Shown here: one piece after another, positions 28,689 to 37,636 of the stretch
Layout of the letters: each line of letters begins with the position of its first letter
Position numbering within the stretch: the first letter of the stretch is position 1
Assembly (NCBI GenBank): GCA_025361565.1
Contig: JANYKN010000116.1
Span: 284,470 to 348,469 of the forward strand
DNA length: 64,000 bases
Direction: 5' to 3'
From: Bacteroidota bacterium
GTDB lineage: Bacteria; Bacteroidota; Bacteroidia; Bacteroidales; NBLH01
The notes under the pieces: generated by a model
Seen by the model: the letters and a program-made list of their open reading frames with translations, nothing else
What the model was told of the DNA's origin: nothing
Database searches by the model: none
Translations under genes and position numbers: made by a program

Positions 28689-29741
28689 ATGAAAATATTA
28701 ATAGAGGAAGCTTTTAAAGCTACGCATAAAGGTAAATCGACTGCACTTTATACCTTAAAGAACAAAAATGGAATGGTTGTACAACTAACAAATTATGGCG
28801 CCATCATAGTAAGTATATTTGCTCCGGATCGTGATGGAAATTTCGCAGATATAGTGCAAGGATATGATACTATTGATGAATATATTAAAGGCAACAATCC
28901 CTATATGGGTGCAATTTGTGGAAGATGCGCAAACCGCATTTCAAATGGTAAATTTACACTTGGAGAGAAAGAATATTCACTTGCAGTGAACAATGGCCCA
29001 AACCATTTGCATGGAGGATTGGTTGGATTTAGTAAGGTAGTTTGGGATGTTAAAAGTTCATCCGATTCAAAAGTAGAAATGGTTTATTTATCAAAAGATG
29101 GAGAAGAAGGATATCCAGGCAATGTTAAAGTTCTGGTTACGTACACTTTGACTAATGATAACGAGCTTCGCATTGATTATCAAGCAACTTCGGACAAGCC
29201 AACTGTGATAAATCTTGCAAGTCATTCCTACTTTAATTTAGCTGGCGAAGGTTTCGGCGATATTTACGATCAAGAATTGATGATTAATGCCAAGTTTTTC
29301 ACACCAATGGACGAAACTTCTATTCCTTCAGGTGAAATTCGCAGTGTGAAAAATACTCTGATGGACTTTACTTTGCCAAAAAAAATTGGATTGCATATTA
29401 ACCTGGAAGATGAACAGCTCAAGTTTGGCTTCGGATATGACCACAATTGGGTATTGAATCACCGAACAGGTACTTTGGGTCTTGCAGCAGTCGCAACGGA
29501 TTTAAAATCTGGCCGTGTGATGGAAATTTTTACCACCCAACCAGGGGTTCAACTATATACAGCTAACTGGATTGATGGCGAAAAAGGGAAAGGTGGCAAA
29601 AAGTATCAAAAAAATTGGGCTTTCTGTCTTGAAACACAGCATTTTCCTGATTCGATAAATAATCCTCATTTTCCAACTACCATATTAAATCCGGGAGAAA
29701 CCTATAAACATACTTGTTTGCATAAATTTTCAGTAAAATAA
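28689..29741 (+). CDS. galM: Aldose 1-epimerase (galactose mutarotase)
   Basis: 350 aa with the blocks NGPNHLHGG, NLASHSYFNL and FCLETQHFPDS. Confidence 0.9.
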   Translation: MKILIEEAFKATHKGKSTALYTLKNKNGMVVQLTNYGAIIVSIFAPDRDGNFADIVQGYDTIDEYIKGNNPYMGAICGRCANRISNGKFTLGEKEYSLAVNNGPNHLHGGLVGFSKVVWDVKSSSDSKVEMVYLSKDGEEGYPGNVKVLVTYTLTNDNELRIDYQATSDKPTVINLASHSYFNLAGEGFGDIYDQELMINAKFFTPMDETSIPSGEIRSVKNTLMDFTLPKKIGLHINLEDEQLKFGFGYDHNWVLNHRTGTLGLAAVATDLKSGRVMEIFTTQPGVQLYTANWIDGEKGKGGKKYQKNWAFCLETQHFPDSINNPHFPTTILNPGETYKHTCLHKFSVK

Positions 29742-29766
29742 CCTTTAACTAATTAATTCTTAAATT

Positions 29767-31038
29767 ATGGAAGAAAATAAAAACTCTAAGTACTTGTTTC
29801 CTTTAATAGTGATGACTTCACTATTCTTTTTATTCGGATTCATTACTACCATGAGCAATTCGCTCATCACATTTTTAAAAGACGCATTCAGTCTAACATA
29901 CGCTAAAGCTCAAATTGTGAATTCTGCGTTTTATGGGGCTTACATCATGTCAATTCCAATCGGGTTTCTATTAAATAAAACCGGTTACAAAAAAGGAATC
30001 GTTTTAGGTTTGGCGCTTATTACCATGGGATTTATGTTGTTCTATCCTGCTGTAGATCTTGGATACACCGCCTTTCTTTCGGCTCTATTTATTGTAGCAA
30101 TTGGTGTAGCTATTCTTCAAGTAGCAGCAAACCCTTATATCCTTGCTTTGGGCGATCCTCAAACAGCTTCGAGCCGTTTAACTTTGGTACAAGGAGTTAA
30201 TTCATTGGCCACATTTTTTGCACCAATCTTCGTTTCCGGGATAATATTGGCTAGTACCACAACCGATGCATCAGCAGTAAAAGGTCCTTTCCTTGTTTTT
30301 GCTGCTATCACTCTGATTTTAGGATTGACGATGGCTTTTCTTAAATTGCCAGAAATAATCAGTGAAGTTTCAGACGAGGATAAAACGATCGCTGCAAATA
30401 AAAGTGTTTGGAGTTATAAGCATCTGATTTTAGGCACAGTAGCTATCGGCATTTACATGGGAATTGAAATTACTATTCCCAGCTTTTTGCCAAAATACAT
30501 CCAAACAATCAATCCTGATTTCATTGCATCAATAAAAGATAATGGATTGGTAAAGTTCCTTGCACCTAAAGATCCGTCTGTATTTATGATTTCATTGTAT
30601 TGGTTGGGTATGATGATTGGACGTTTTGTAGGTGCCGGAGTTTTGAAAAAATATAAAACTGGCAATGTTTTGGCTATTTATGCCGGTGTTGCCGCATTAT
30701 TGGTATTCCTTTCATTAATAACTACCGGAAGTTTATCCATGTGGTTAATCATTCTTCCTGGATTGTTCCATTCTATTATGTGGCCTGCCATTTTTGGTTT
30801 AGCTACCGAAGGGCTTGGCAAACATGCAAAAATGGGATCAGGAATTCTTTGTACCGCAGTTATTTCATGTGGTTTATGGACGTATTTGCAAGGCGGCATT
30901 GCAGATAGTTTTAGCATAACAGATGCAGCAGGTGCTTTAATCCCAACATTTAAAAGTTTTGCTGTAGTGTTTTCAACTACATTCGTTTTTTATGCCTATA
31001 TTGTTTTCTTTGCATTAAAAGGATCGAAAATGAGATAA
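29767..31038 (+). CDS. MFS sugar:H+ symporter (FucP/GluP glucose-galactose family)
   Basis: 423 aa with 12 predicted TM segments. It begins LFFLFGFITTMSNSLI and is paralogous to 44696..46102. Confidence 0.85.
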   Translation: MEENKNSKYLFPLIVMTSLFFLFGFITTMSNSLITFLKDAFSLTYAKAQIVNSAFYGAYIMSIPIGFLLNKTGYKKGIVLGLALITMGFMLFYPAVDLGYTAFLSALFIVAIGVAILQVAANPYILALGDPQTASSRLTLVQGVNSLATFFAPIFVSGIILASTTTDASAVKGPFLVFAAITLILGLTMAFLKLPEIISEVSDEDKTIAANKSVWSYKHLILGTVAIGIYMGIEITIPSFLPKYIQTINPDFIASIKDNGLVKFLAPKDPSVFMISLYWLGMMIGRFVGAGVLKKYKTGNVLAIYAGVAALLVFLSLITTGSLSMWLIILPGLFHSIMWPAIFGLATEGLGKHAKMGSGILCTAVISCGLWTYLQGGIADSFSITDAAGALIPTFKSFAVVFSTTFVFYAYIVFFALKGSKMR

Positions 31039-31061
31039 TATTTACTGTGGATTATTGATAA

Positions 31062-31089
31062 AGCCATCCAAATCGGATGGCTTTTTTTC
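31062..31089 (+). terminator. Intrinsic terminator after the gal operon
   Basis: The stem AGCCATCC/GGATGGCT (31062-31069 / 31075-31082) is followed by T7. Confidence 0.8.
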
Positions 31090-31161
31090 TTCGAAATATC
31101 ATTTCATTTTTTAGTTTTATTCAGGTATTTTATTTTTTCAATTGTTATCTAATTTAATTGA

Positions 31162-31851
31162 ATGAACTATTTAAATTTATATCAAAATCAACCCAAATAC
31201 AATGTTGCTGTGGATTGTATTGTATTTGGATATGAAAATGATGAGTTGAAACTATTGCTTTATCCACGCCATTTGCCACCTTCGCAAGGAGAATGGTCAT
31301 TGATGGGTGGTTTTGTCCAGGAAGATGAATCAATGGAAGAAACAACCATCCGGGTGCTAAAACAATCCGTTGGCCTCGAAAATATTTTCATGGAACAAGT
31401 TCATGCATTTTCAAAACCGGAAAGAGACCCAGGTGCACGAGTTATATGCATGGCTTTTTATGCCCTTATCCGACTCGATCAGCATGATAAAGATTTGGTT
31501 GATTCATATGGTGCTAAATGGTTTCCAATTTCGAATTTGCCAAAGCTGATCTTCGATCATGATGATATGGTAAAACTTGCCCTTGAAAAACTTCAGCAAA
31601 CTGCTAGCTACAAATTAATTGGAAAGGAATTACTTCCAGAACAATTTACATTAACGCAATTGCATAATTTATATAATACGATATTTCAACGGAAATTTGA
31701 TGCAGGAAATTTCCGGAAAAAGCTTTCATCGCTTAATCTTTTGCAACGTTTGACAATAAAAGATACAGGCAGTTCGAAAAGAGGTGCTTATTATTATATG
31801 TTTAAGGAACAATCAGAAGATTTAATTATTGAAAGAATTGTTAAAGTTTGA
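31162..31851 (+). CDS. Nudix-domain protein with C-terminal winged-helix (NrtR-like regulator)
   Basis: 229 aa. The N-terminal Nudix fold has a degenerate Nudix box (GEWSLMGGFVQEDESMEETTIRVLKQSVG). The C-terminal ~80 aa (FTLTQLHNLYNTIFQRKFDAGNFRKKL) resembles the NrtR wHTH. Confidence 0.7.
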   Translation: MNYLNLYQNQPKYNVAVDCIVFGYENDELKLLLYPRHLPPSQGEWSLMGGFVQEDESMEETTIRVLKQSVGLENIFMEQVHAFSKPERDPGARVICMAFYALIRLDQHDKDLVDSYGAKWFPISNLPKLIFDHDDMVKLALEKLQQTASYKLIGKELLPEQFTLTQLHNLYNTIFQRKFDAGNFRKKLSSLNLLQRLTIKDTGSSKRGAYYYMFKEQSEDLIIERIVKV

Positions 31852-31996
31852 CCTTGAAAAACTGAACATTAAAATTTTACTTGGGAATTCATCCGAATTG
31901 ATTATCTGTTACGTTTTTAGCTATTTTTGCATTTATAATTGATGATATCTCAAGTTTACCTTTCTCCAATCATTTTCTGGATTGGAATAAATGTTA

Positions 31997-32004
31997 TACA
32001 TTTG
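31997..32004 (+). promoter_or_regulatory. Bacteroidota -7 promoter box feeding the TPP riboswitch
   Basis: TACATTTG ends 3-4 nt before the proposed P1 stem of the riboswitch. Confidence 0.45.
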
Positions 32005-32100
32005 TTTTATTCTTTTGGGGTGCCTTAAAACTCAGGCTGAGATCAAACCCGTTGAACCTGAAGCAGGTAATGCTGCCGTAGGAATTTAGAATTAGCGTTT
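32005..32100 (+). promoter_or_regulatory. TPP (THI-box) riboswitch
   Basis: GGGGTGCC..CTGAGATCAAACCCGTTGAACCTGAAGCAGGTAATGCTGCCGTAGGAA matches the THI-box core (GGGGUGC, CUGAGA, ACCC, GAACCUGA, UAAUGC, CGUAGGGA). A P1 stem can form as ATTCT/AGAAT. It lies 60 nt upstream of the receptor gene. Confidence 0.88.
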
Positions 32101-32162
32101 TTTTGATCCCTTTGTACTATCCACTTCAAAAGTAATCACAATAATTACTTAAATTTCTAAAT

Positions 32163-34604
32163 ATGAAGAAGATAGTGTTAATTATTTCATTTTCCATTTT
32201 ATCAATAATTGTTAATGCCCAATCATTAAAAGGGCACATAGAAAATGAAAATTCCGAAGGACTTACTGGTGCAAATGTTCAAATCGTAGGTACTTATCAT
32301 TCTATAATTGCCAATTCAAAAGGTGATTTTGTTTTTGAAAACCTAAAACCAGGTAAATATTCTATTCTCATTTCATTTATTGGATATGATGAAATAAATC
32401 AGGAAGTTGAAATTGTAAATAAGGACGTTTCCCTTCAAATAGTGATGAAGGAATCTGCTAATCTAACGGAAGAAGTTGTCATTCATGCACTTAGGGCAGG
32501 TAGAAATACACCAATAGCATCCTCTGAAATAGGAAAAAAAGAACTCAGTAAAAATAACATGGGTCAGGATGTGCCTTATTTGTTAAATTTAATGCCTTCA
32601 ATGACAGTTACTTCCGATGCCGGTTCCGGAATGGGATATACTAAACTTTCGATAAGGGGAACAGATCTTACACGCATTAATGTGACCACTAACGGCATAC
32701 CGCTCAATGATGCAGAATCGCATGGAGTTTGGTGGGTCGATTTACCTGATTTGGCATCTTCAGTAGAAAATATTCAAATTCAACGAGGTGTAGGCACATC
32801 AACAAATGGAACCTCTGCTTTTGGTGCTAACATCAACCTACAAACAAACCAGTTGAGAAAAGAGGCTTATGGCGAAATGGCTGCTTCGTATGGTTCTTTT
32901 AATAGCTATAAAACAAGTCTTAAAGCAGGTACAGGCCTAATTAATAAGCACTTTGCTTTCGACTTGCGCTTGTCCAATATCCATTCTGATGGATTTATTG
33001 ATCGGGCAAAAACAAATATGGAATCGTATTTTTCATCGGTTTCTTATTCCGATAAAAAGAATTTGATTAAGTTGAATGTATTTTCGGGCCATGAAAATAC
33101 TTATCAAGCTTGGAATGGAATTCCTAAAGTTAGGCTCGAAAACGATGTTGACGGTATGATGCGTTATCAAAACCACGGACTTTATACTGAAGTGGAAACG
33201 CAAAATATGCTGAATTCAGATAGCCGTACCTATAATTTTTACACCTATAAAAACCAGGTTGATAATTACAATCAAACACATTATCAGGCTTTTTTCTCTC
33301 ATGAGCTTAGTCCTTTTTTAAATTTGAACCTTGCATTTAATTATACCAAAGGAAAAGGTTATTACGAAGAATATGCAAAAGATCAAATCCTCGAAGATTA
33401 TCAAATATCACCTGTGATTGTTGGCGTAGATACAATTAGTTCCTCCGATTTGATTAGAAGAAAATGGTTGGATAATGATTTTTATGTCGTGACATATTCT
33501 CTTGATTATCAAAAAAATGCATTAAAAGCCACTGTTGGTGGTTCTTATCAGGATTATTTTGGCAAACATTACGGAAATGTAATTTGGGCAAGAATAGCTG
33601 GTTCGTCAGAAATAGACCATCAATGGTATTATAATACAGGCGACAAACAGGATTTTAATATCTATGGCAAATTTGAGTATTTGTTTTTTGAAAAGTTAAA
33701 TGTTTATGCTGATATTCAATACAGACTGATTAACTACAAGATTGATGGCATAGATGATAATCTATTGGATATGGGTCAAAAACATAATTTTAATTTTTTT
33801 AATCCAAAATTTGGGTTGAATTATAATTTCCAACCCAATCAGAATGCTTATTTTACCATTGGAAGAGCTAACCGTGAACCTTCCCGTGGTGATTTTAAAG
33901 ATGCTCCTAAAGGCAAAACCCCAAGTTATGAAACTTTGACTGATTATGAGATTGGATATACCTTTGCGCTGGAAAATATGCGATTTAATGCCAATATTTA
34001 TTATATGGATTATCTCTATCAATTGGTAAAAACCGGACAAATTAATGATGTAGGAGAAGCCATTATGGTTAATATTCCAAAAAGTTATAGGGCTGGAATT
34101 GAATTAACAGAAGGAATAAAATTATCAAAATTAATTGATTGGCAGATAAATGCAACATTGAGCAGGAATAAAATCAAGGATTATACTGAATACGTTGATA
34201 ATTGGGATTTAGGTGGCCAAAACGAAAATAAAATAGGAGTAAGTAATTTGTCGTTTTCTCCTGAGCTTATTGTAGGAAGCCAGTTTGCGGTCACTCCATT
34301 TAAAAACTTCGAAATCGCAATTATCAGTAAATATGTTGGAGAGCAATTTATTGATAACAGCTCAGCTTCAGACAGGATGCTAAATGCCTATTTTGTAAAT
34401 AATATAAGGCTTAATTATCGAATCGAAACAAAATTTATTAAATCGATTGATATCCAATTGATTGCAAACAATATATTTAGCCAGCAATATGAAACGGATG
34501 CCTGGGTTTATCGCTATTTTTATCAAAACAATTATTATAATATGGACGGTTATTTTCCTCAGGCAGGGATTAATTTTATGGGAGGGGTAGTATTTAGTTT
34601 TTAG
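32163..34604 (+). CDS. TonB-dependent outer-membrane receptor (putative thiamine/precursor uptake)
   Basis: 813 aa with a signal peptide, a CarboxypepD_reg-like N-domain (GHIENENSEGLTGANVQIVGT), a plug (IRGTDLTRINVTTNGIPLND) and a terminal beta-barrel ending GGVVFSF. Confidence 0.88.
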   Translation: MKKIVLIISFSILSIIVNAQSLKGHIENENSEGLTGANVQIVGTYHSIIANSKGDFVFENLKPGKYSILISFIGYDEINQEVEIVNKDVSLQIVMKESANLTEEVVIHALRAGRNTPIASSEIGKKELSKNNMGQDVPYLLNLMPSMTVTSDAGSGMGYTKLSIRGTDLTRINVTTNGIPLNDAESHGVWWVDLPDLASSVENIQIQRGVGTSTNGTSAFGANINLQTNQLRKEAYGEMAASYGSFNSYKTSLKAGTGLINKHFAFDLRLSNIHSDGFIDRAKTNMESYFSSVSYSDKKNLIKLNVFSGHENTYQAWNGIPKVRLENDVDGMMRYQNHGLYTEVETQNMLNSDSRTYNFYTYKNQVDNYNQTHYQAFFSHELSPFLNLNLAFNYTKGKGYYEEYAKDQILEDYQISPVIVGVDTISSSDLIRRKWLDNDFYVVTYSLDYQKNALKATVGGSYQDYFGKHYGNVIWARIAGSSEIDHQWYYNTGDKQDFNIYGKFEYLFFEKLNVYADIQYRLINYKIDGIDDNLLDMGQKHNFNFFNPKFGLNYNFQPNQNAYFTIGRANREPSRGDFKDAPKGKTPSYETLTDYEIGYTFALENMRFNANIYYMDYLYQLVKTGQINDVGEAIMVNIPKSYRAGIELTEGIKLSKLIDWQINATLSRNKIKDYTEYVDNWDLGGQNENKIGVSNLSFSPELIVGSQFAVTPFKNFEIAIISKYVGEQFIDNSSASDRMLNAYFVNNIRLNYRIETKFIKSIDIQLIANNIFSQQYETDAWVYRYFYQNNYYNMDGYFPQAGINFMGGVVFSF

Positions 34605-34809
34605 AGTTTGGAATAAAGATGGACCCAATTTGACAGGGTTCGTCTTTAAAATTGTTACGAACTGTGGCGAATAACTGGATTGCTCAAGTACATTAGAATT
34701 GCAGTGCCAACCAGTATCCATGTGCAAGGTTGCAATAATGAGCAAATGTTTTATTTTAAATCAGTACGTGTGTATCTGGATTTTCTTTAAATTTCTGGTT
34801 TTAAAATAA

Positions 34810-35226
34810 TCAAATTAGGTTAAGTGCAATTTGAATTGGCGTTTCATTTTTTTTATCTGTAAATTTAAATCTCAGGTTTGCATAACCCAGATATTTCTCT
34901 CCTGTTTCTAACATATCGTTTTCATTTGGGTCATAATACCAGTTAATAAGTATTTTATCTTTTGCTGTTAAGCTTTCGAAAAACATTAATAAGTATGCAA
35001 TTTGTTTGGAAGAAGAAGTATTGATATAATCAAAATCGAAGTTTACAATTAATTCGTCCGTTAAATCGATTGATTTAAAGAATTCTGAAAACCAATCAAG
35101 TATGGGTTGATAAAAATCTGTTGGATTAACTGGAAAAGAATTACCAAAAAAACAAAAGATTTGTTCATCTGGTTTCAATACTACCTTTGGCGTATATTGT
35201 CCGGCTTCTATTATTAAAGCGTTCAT
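34810..35226 (-). CDS. DUF1987 / SiaC-family regulatory protein
   Basis: 138 aa. The string TPKVVL..FFGNSFPVNPTDFYQPILDWFSEF..FDFDYINTSSSKQI..INWYYDPNENDMLETGEKY follows the DUF1987 pattern throughout. Confidence 0.8.
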   Translation of the reverse strand: MNALIIEAGQYTPKVVLKPDEQIFCFFGNSFPVNPTDFYQPILDWFSEFFKSIDLTDELIVNFDFDYINTSSSKQIAYLLMFFESLTAKDKILINWYYDPNENDMLETGEKYLGYANLRFKFTDKKNETPIQIALNLI

Positions 35227-35363
35227 GTGTATATTTTTTTTGATTTTTAACTTCGTTAAAGAGATAGCTTAGGCTAAGTTGTTTTATTTTGTTATAAAGA
35301 ATACGACATAAAATAAAGATTTTCGGCTGATGTTAAAATTTCCACTCAGGACTATTTCAATTA

Positions 35364-36521
35364 TTATTCCTGGTTTAAAATTTGAACTTTCAATGTGAAA
35401 AATGTATACTGGTAATTGATCTCGTGAAAATTATAAATTAAAGGATTGCCTGATTTTATTTTTAAATCAATCAGGCCAAGTCCTGCGCTATTGTTGTTAG
35501 TTTGATTGGTATCAAAAAGCTGGCGTTTATAAAAGTTATCAAGTTCAACTTTATCAAGGTTGTTGATATTATTAATGAGTTTAATGATGTTGCTAACCTG
35601 TTTAGCCTCAACATAATTTCCTGAAGTAAGGCAGATTTTATTTTCTATTTCGGAGATATAAAATATTCCTTGCTTTTCTTCTGAGGTTGAACCATCAATA
35701 TTAAAGGCATGTTTAATAATATTCTGAAACATTTCAATCATAATATTAAAAATCTGTCTTTTCAATTTGTTGCTATCTGCCATTTGATTTTCAAGAAATG
35801 ATAACATATCCAGTAGATGTTCCTGGTAAAAGGAATTGCAAAAAATAATGGAAATGTTTTCTTCGTTTAACAAAGGATGCAGGTTGATAATATTTAAAAG
35901 CGAATTGTTATTCGAATTAAATTGATTTTCAGGATTTGATTGTTCGGAAGAAATTTCAGTTTGAAGATAAAAATAGGATAATGAATCGCTTACTGGATTA
36001 AATTGAAAATTTAACTTATCACCAGACCGTCTTGCAATATCAATTAATCCAAGTCCTGCACCTCCTTGTTGCGATATTCTTGCACTTCGTAGTACTTCTT
36101 TGTGATAATCCTTTAACTGTTCTTTTGTCAAATTGTTTACCTGGTTTATACGGCTTGTTAAATTGTCAATTTGACTATTTTCGACCAAATTGCCGGTTGT
36201 CAAAAAATATTTTCCGGTTTCATGTTTAATAGTGAAAAAAGCGAATACGACATCCTCCATCTGACTTGGTTTGGCTTGGTGCCTTGATATATTCTGTACT
36301 CCTTCGACCATTACATGGTAAACTTTCCTCTTCAAATCAGAAGGTGCCATTTCATCTTTAAAACTGTTATCGGCCAGTGCAATTATATTTTTTGTAAAAT
36401 TTTTTGTAAAATTTCCTCTATAAATATAATTCAGATTTTCAGTACTTAACAATTTGAAAATTCTGAAAGTAGCGCCAGCTCCTTTATCTGTTTTTTCCTG
36501 AGTAATTGTTTCTGAGGTCAT
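35364..36521 (-). CDS. Tandem SiaB-like (GHKL/RsbW-type) protein kinase, two domains in one chain
   Basis: 385 aa. Each half has an N-box-like motif (VMVEGVQNISRH / IMIEMFQNIIKH) and a G-box-like motif (GGAGLGLIDIARRSG / SAGLGLIDLKIKSG). The halves are joined by an Asn/Ser-rich linker. Confidence 0.7.
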   Translation of the reverse strand: MTSETITQEKTDKGAGATFRIFKLLSTENLNYIYRGNFTKNFTKNIIALADNSFKDEMAPSDLKRKVYHVMVEGVQNISRHQAKPSQMEDVVFAFFTIKHETGKYFLTTGNLVENSQIDNLTSRINQVNNLTKEQLKDYHKEVLRSARISQQGGAGLGLIDIARRSGDKLNFQFNPVSDSLSYFYLQTEISSEQSNPENQFNSNNNSLLNIINLHPLLNEENISIIFCNSFYQEHLLDMLSFLENQMADSNKLKRQIFNIMIEMFQNIIKHAFNIDGSTSEEKQGIFYISEIENKICLTSGNYVEAKQVSNIIKLINNINNLDKVELDNFYKRQLFDTNQTNNNSAGLGLIDLKIKSGNPLIYNFHEINYQYTFFTLKVQILNQE

Positions 36522-36997
36522 AATTCAGTCATTTTATTTCAATATACAAAGTAAACACTTTAATTAAAGTAAACGATATATTTATATATATTATGTGCAA
36601 ATAAATGGTTGAATTAATATGGCAAAAAGTGTCTAAAACGCAATAACTGTGGTGGTCAAAAGCTGATTGCTTAGATTTAGAATTTTGTTTTGTGAAATTT
36701 GTATGACTTGATAATTTCAATCTTTTTTTCTAATTGTTTATACAAGGTGGTTAAATTAGCGTGACCATAATTTGAAAAGTTGAAGGCTCATTAAAATTAT
36801 CAAGCAGAACTGATTCCAAAAGCACATCTTGTAGGGATTTTGAGTCTAATTCCCCGTTGCTTGAAGCTAAATATAAGAAAATCTTTTCACTTTAATACCT
36901 TGGCTCTTTCGGTGAGGTATTTTATTTGAAAAATAAAAAATAACGAACCAAAAAACGAAAAGTAGTATTTGCAAAGAAAAAAATGCCGAAAAAATAA

Positions 36998-37363
36998 TTA
37001 GTTTTGCTGAGCAAGCCAATCCTTAGCCAATTCCAGTGATGAAAAAGCCTTTACATCACGACCTGAAATTCTCATAATCCCATTAAAAACAATTTGTCTA
37101 AGACCTGTAACCCCAACTATTGCACTGGCTTTTACATAAGCCTTGTTGCTTTTAAGCAATTCATTAAACATGTCTTTTATAGTGTTGTTAAAATGCATTC
37201 CTTCAATGGAAGCTAAAGAATAAACCGACGAGACCGGTTGGGCATGGATATATGCTTTAACTTCTTTCATTATTTCACCAATATCATCACTTGACTGTAT
37301 GGTGGAATAGTCGTGAAAGAAAATTTTTTTACCTCGATAATTTATAATTTGGATTCTATTCAT
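36998..37363 (-). CDS. STAS/SpoIIAA-like small protein (inferred)
   Basis: 121 aa. The layout IINYRGKKIFFHDYS..(sensor-less)..NKAYVKASAIVGVTGLRQIV..ISGRDVKAFSSLELAKDWL resembles STAS/SEC14-like partner-switching modules. No database check was made. Confidence 0.5.
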   Translation of the reverse strand: MNRIQIINYRGKKIFFHDYSTIQSSDDIGEIMKEVKAYIHAQPVSSVYSLASIEGMHFNNTIKDMFNELLKSNKAYVKASAIVGVTGLRQIVFNGIMRISGRDVKAFSSLELAKDWLAQQN

Positions 37364-37636
37364 GATATTATTGATTTTGGGTTGAAATATTTATTATAGG
37401 ATAGATATAATCTTAACGATTTAATAAGAATAAATTACTTGTTTTATAATTTGAATTGGAGTTAATTTGTTACCATCTATGCGTTACTGCTATTTTGCAT
37501 CGATTTAGAATCATGTTTTAATTATCTGAAAAATACAATTAAATTCTCCAATTACGAAAAAATAAATTCATTTTAATTACTCCCTTTATTGCAATCTGCG
37601 CTATGCTTCAATTAAAATTTGGAGAAGTGCGTAAAA

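Noticed and set aside
31154-31345. 63-aa minus-strand ORF over the Nudix gene start
   Set aside because: It is antisense to a gene with a recognisable Nudix fold and has no motif of its own.
34380-34745. 121-aa minus-strand ORF overlapping the 3' end of the TonB-dependent receptor
   Set aside because: Two thirds of it is antisense to the conserved C-terminal barrel strands, and the peptide is unrecognisable. Only its non-overlapping DNA patch is kept, as a low-interest finding.
36529-36720. 63-aa minus-strand ORF (TTG start) ending 8 nt before the tandem-SiaB start codon
   Set aside because: The sequence is AT-rich and low-complexity (..IYLHIIYINISFTLIKVFTLYIEIK), starts on an alternative codon and has no recognisable features. 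It is probably leader DNA, although an upstream regulatory peptide cannot be formally excluded.
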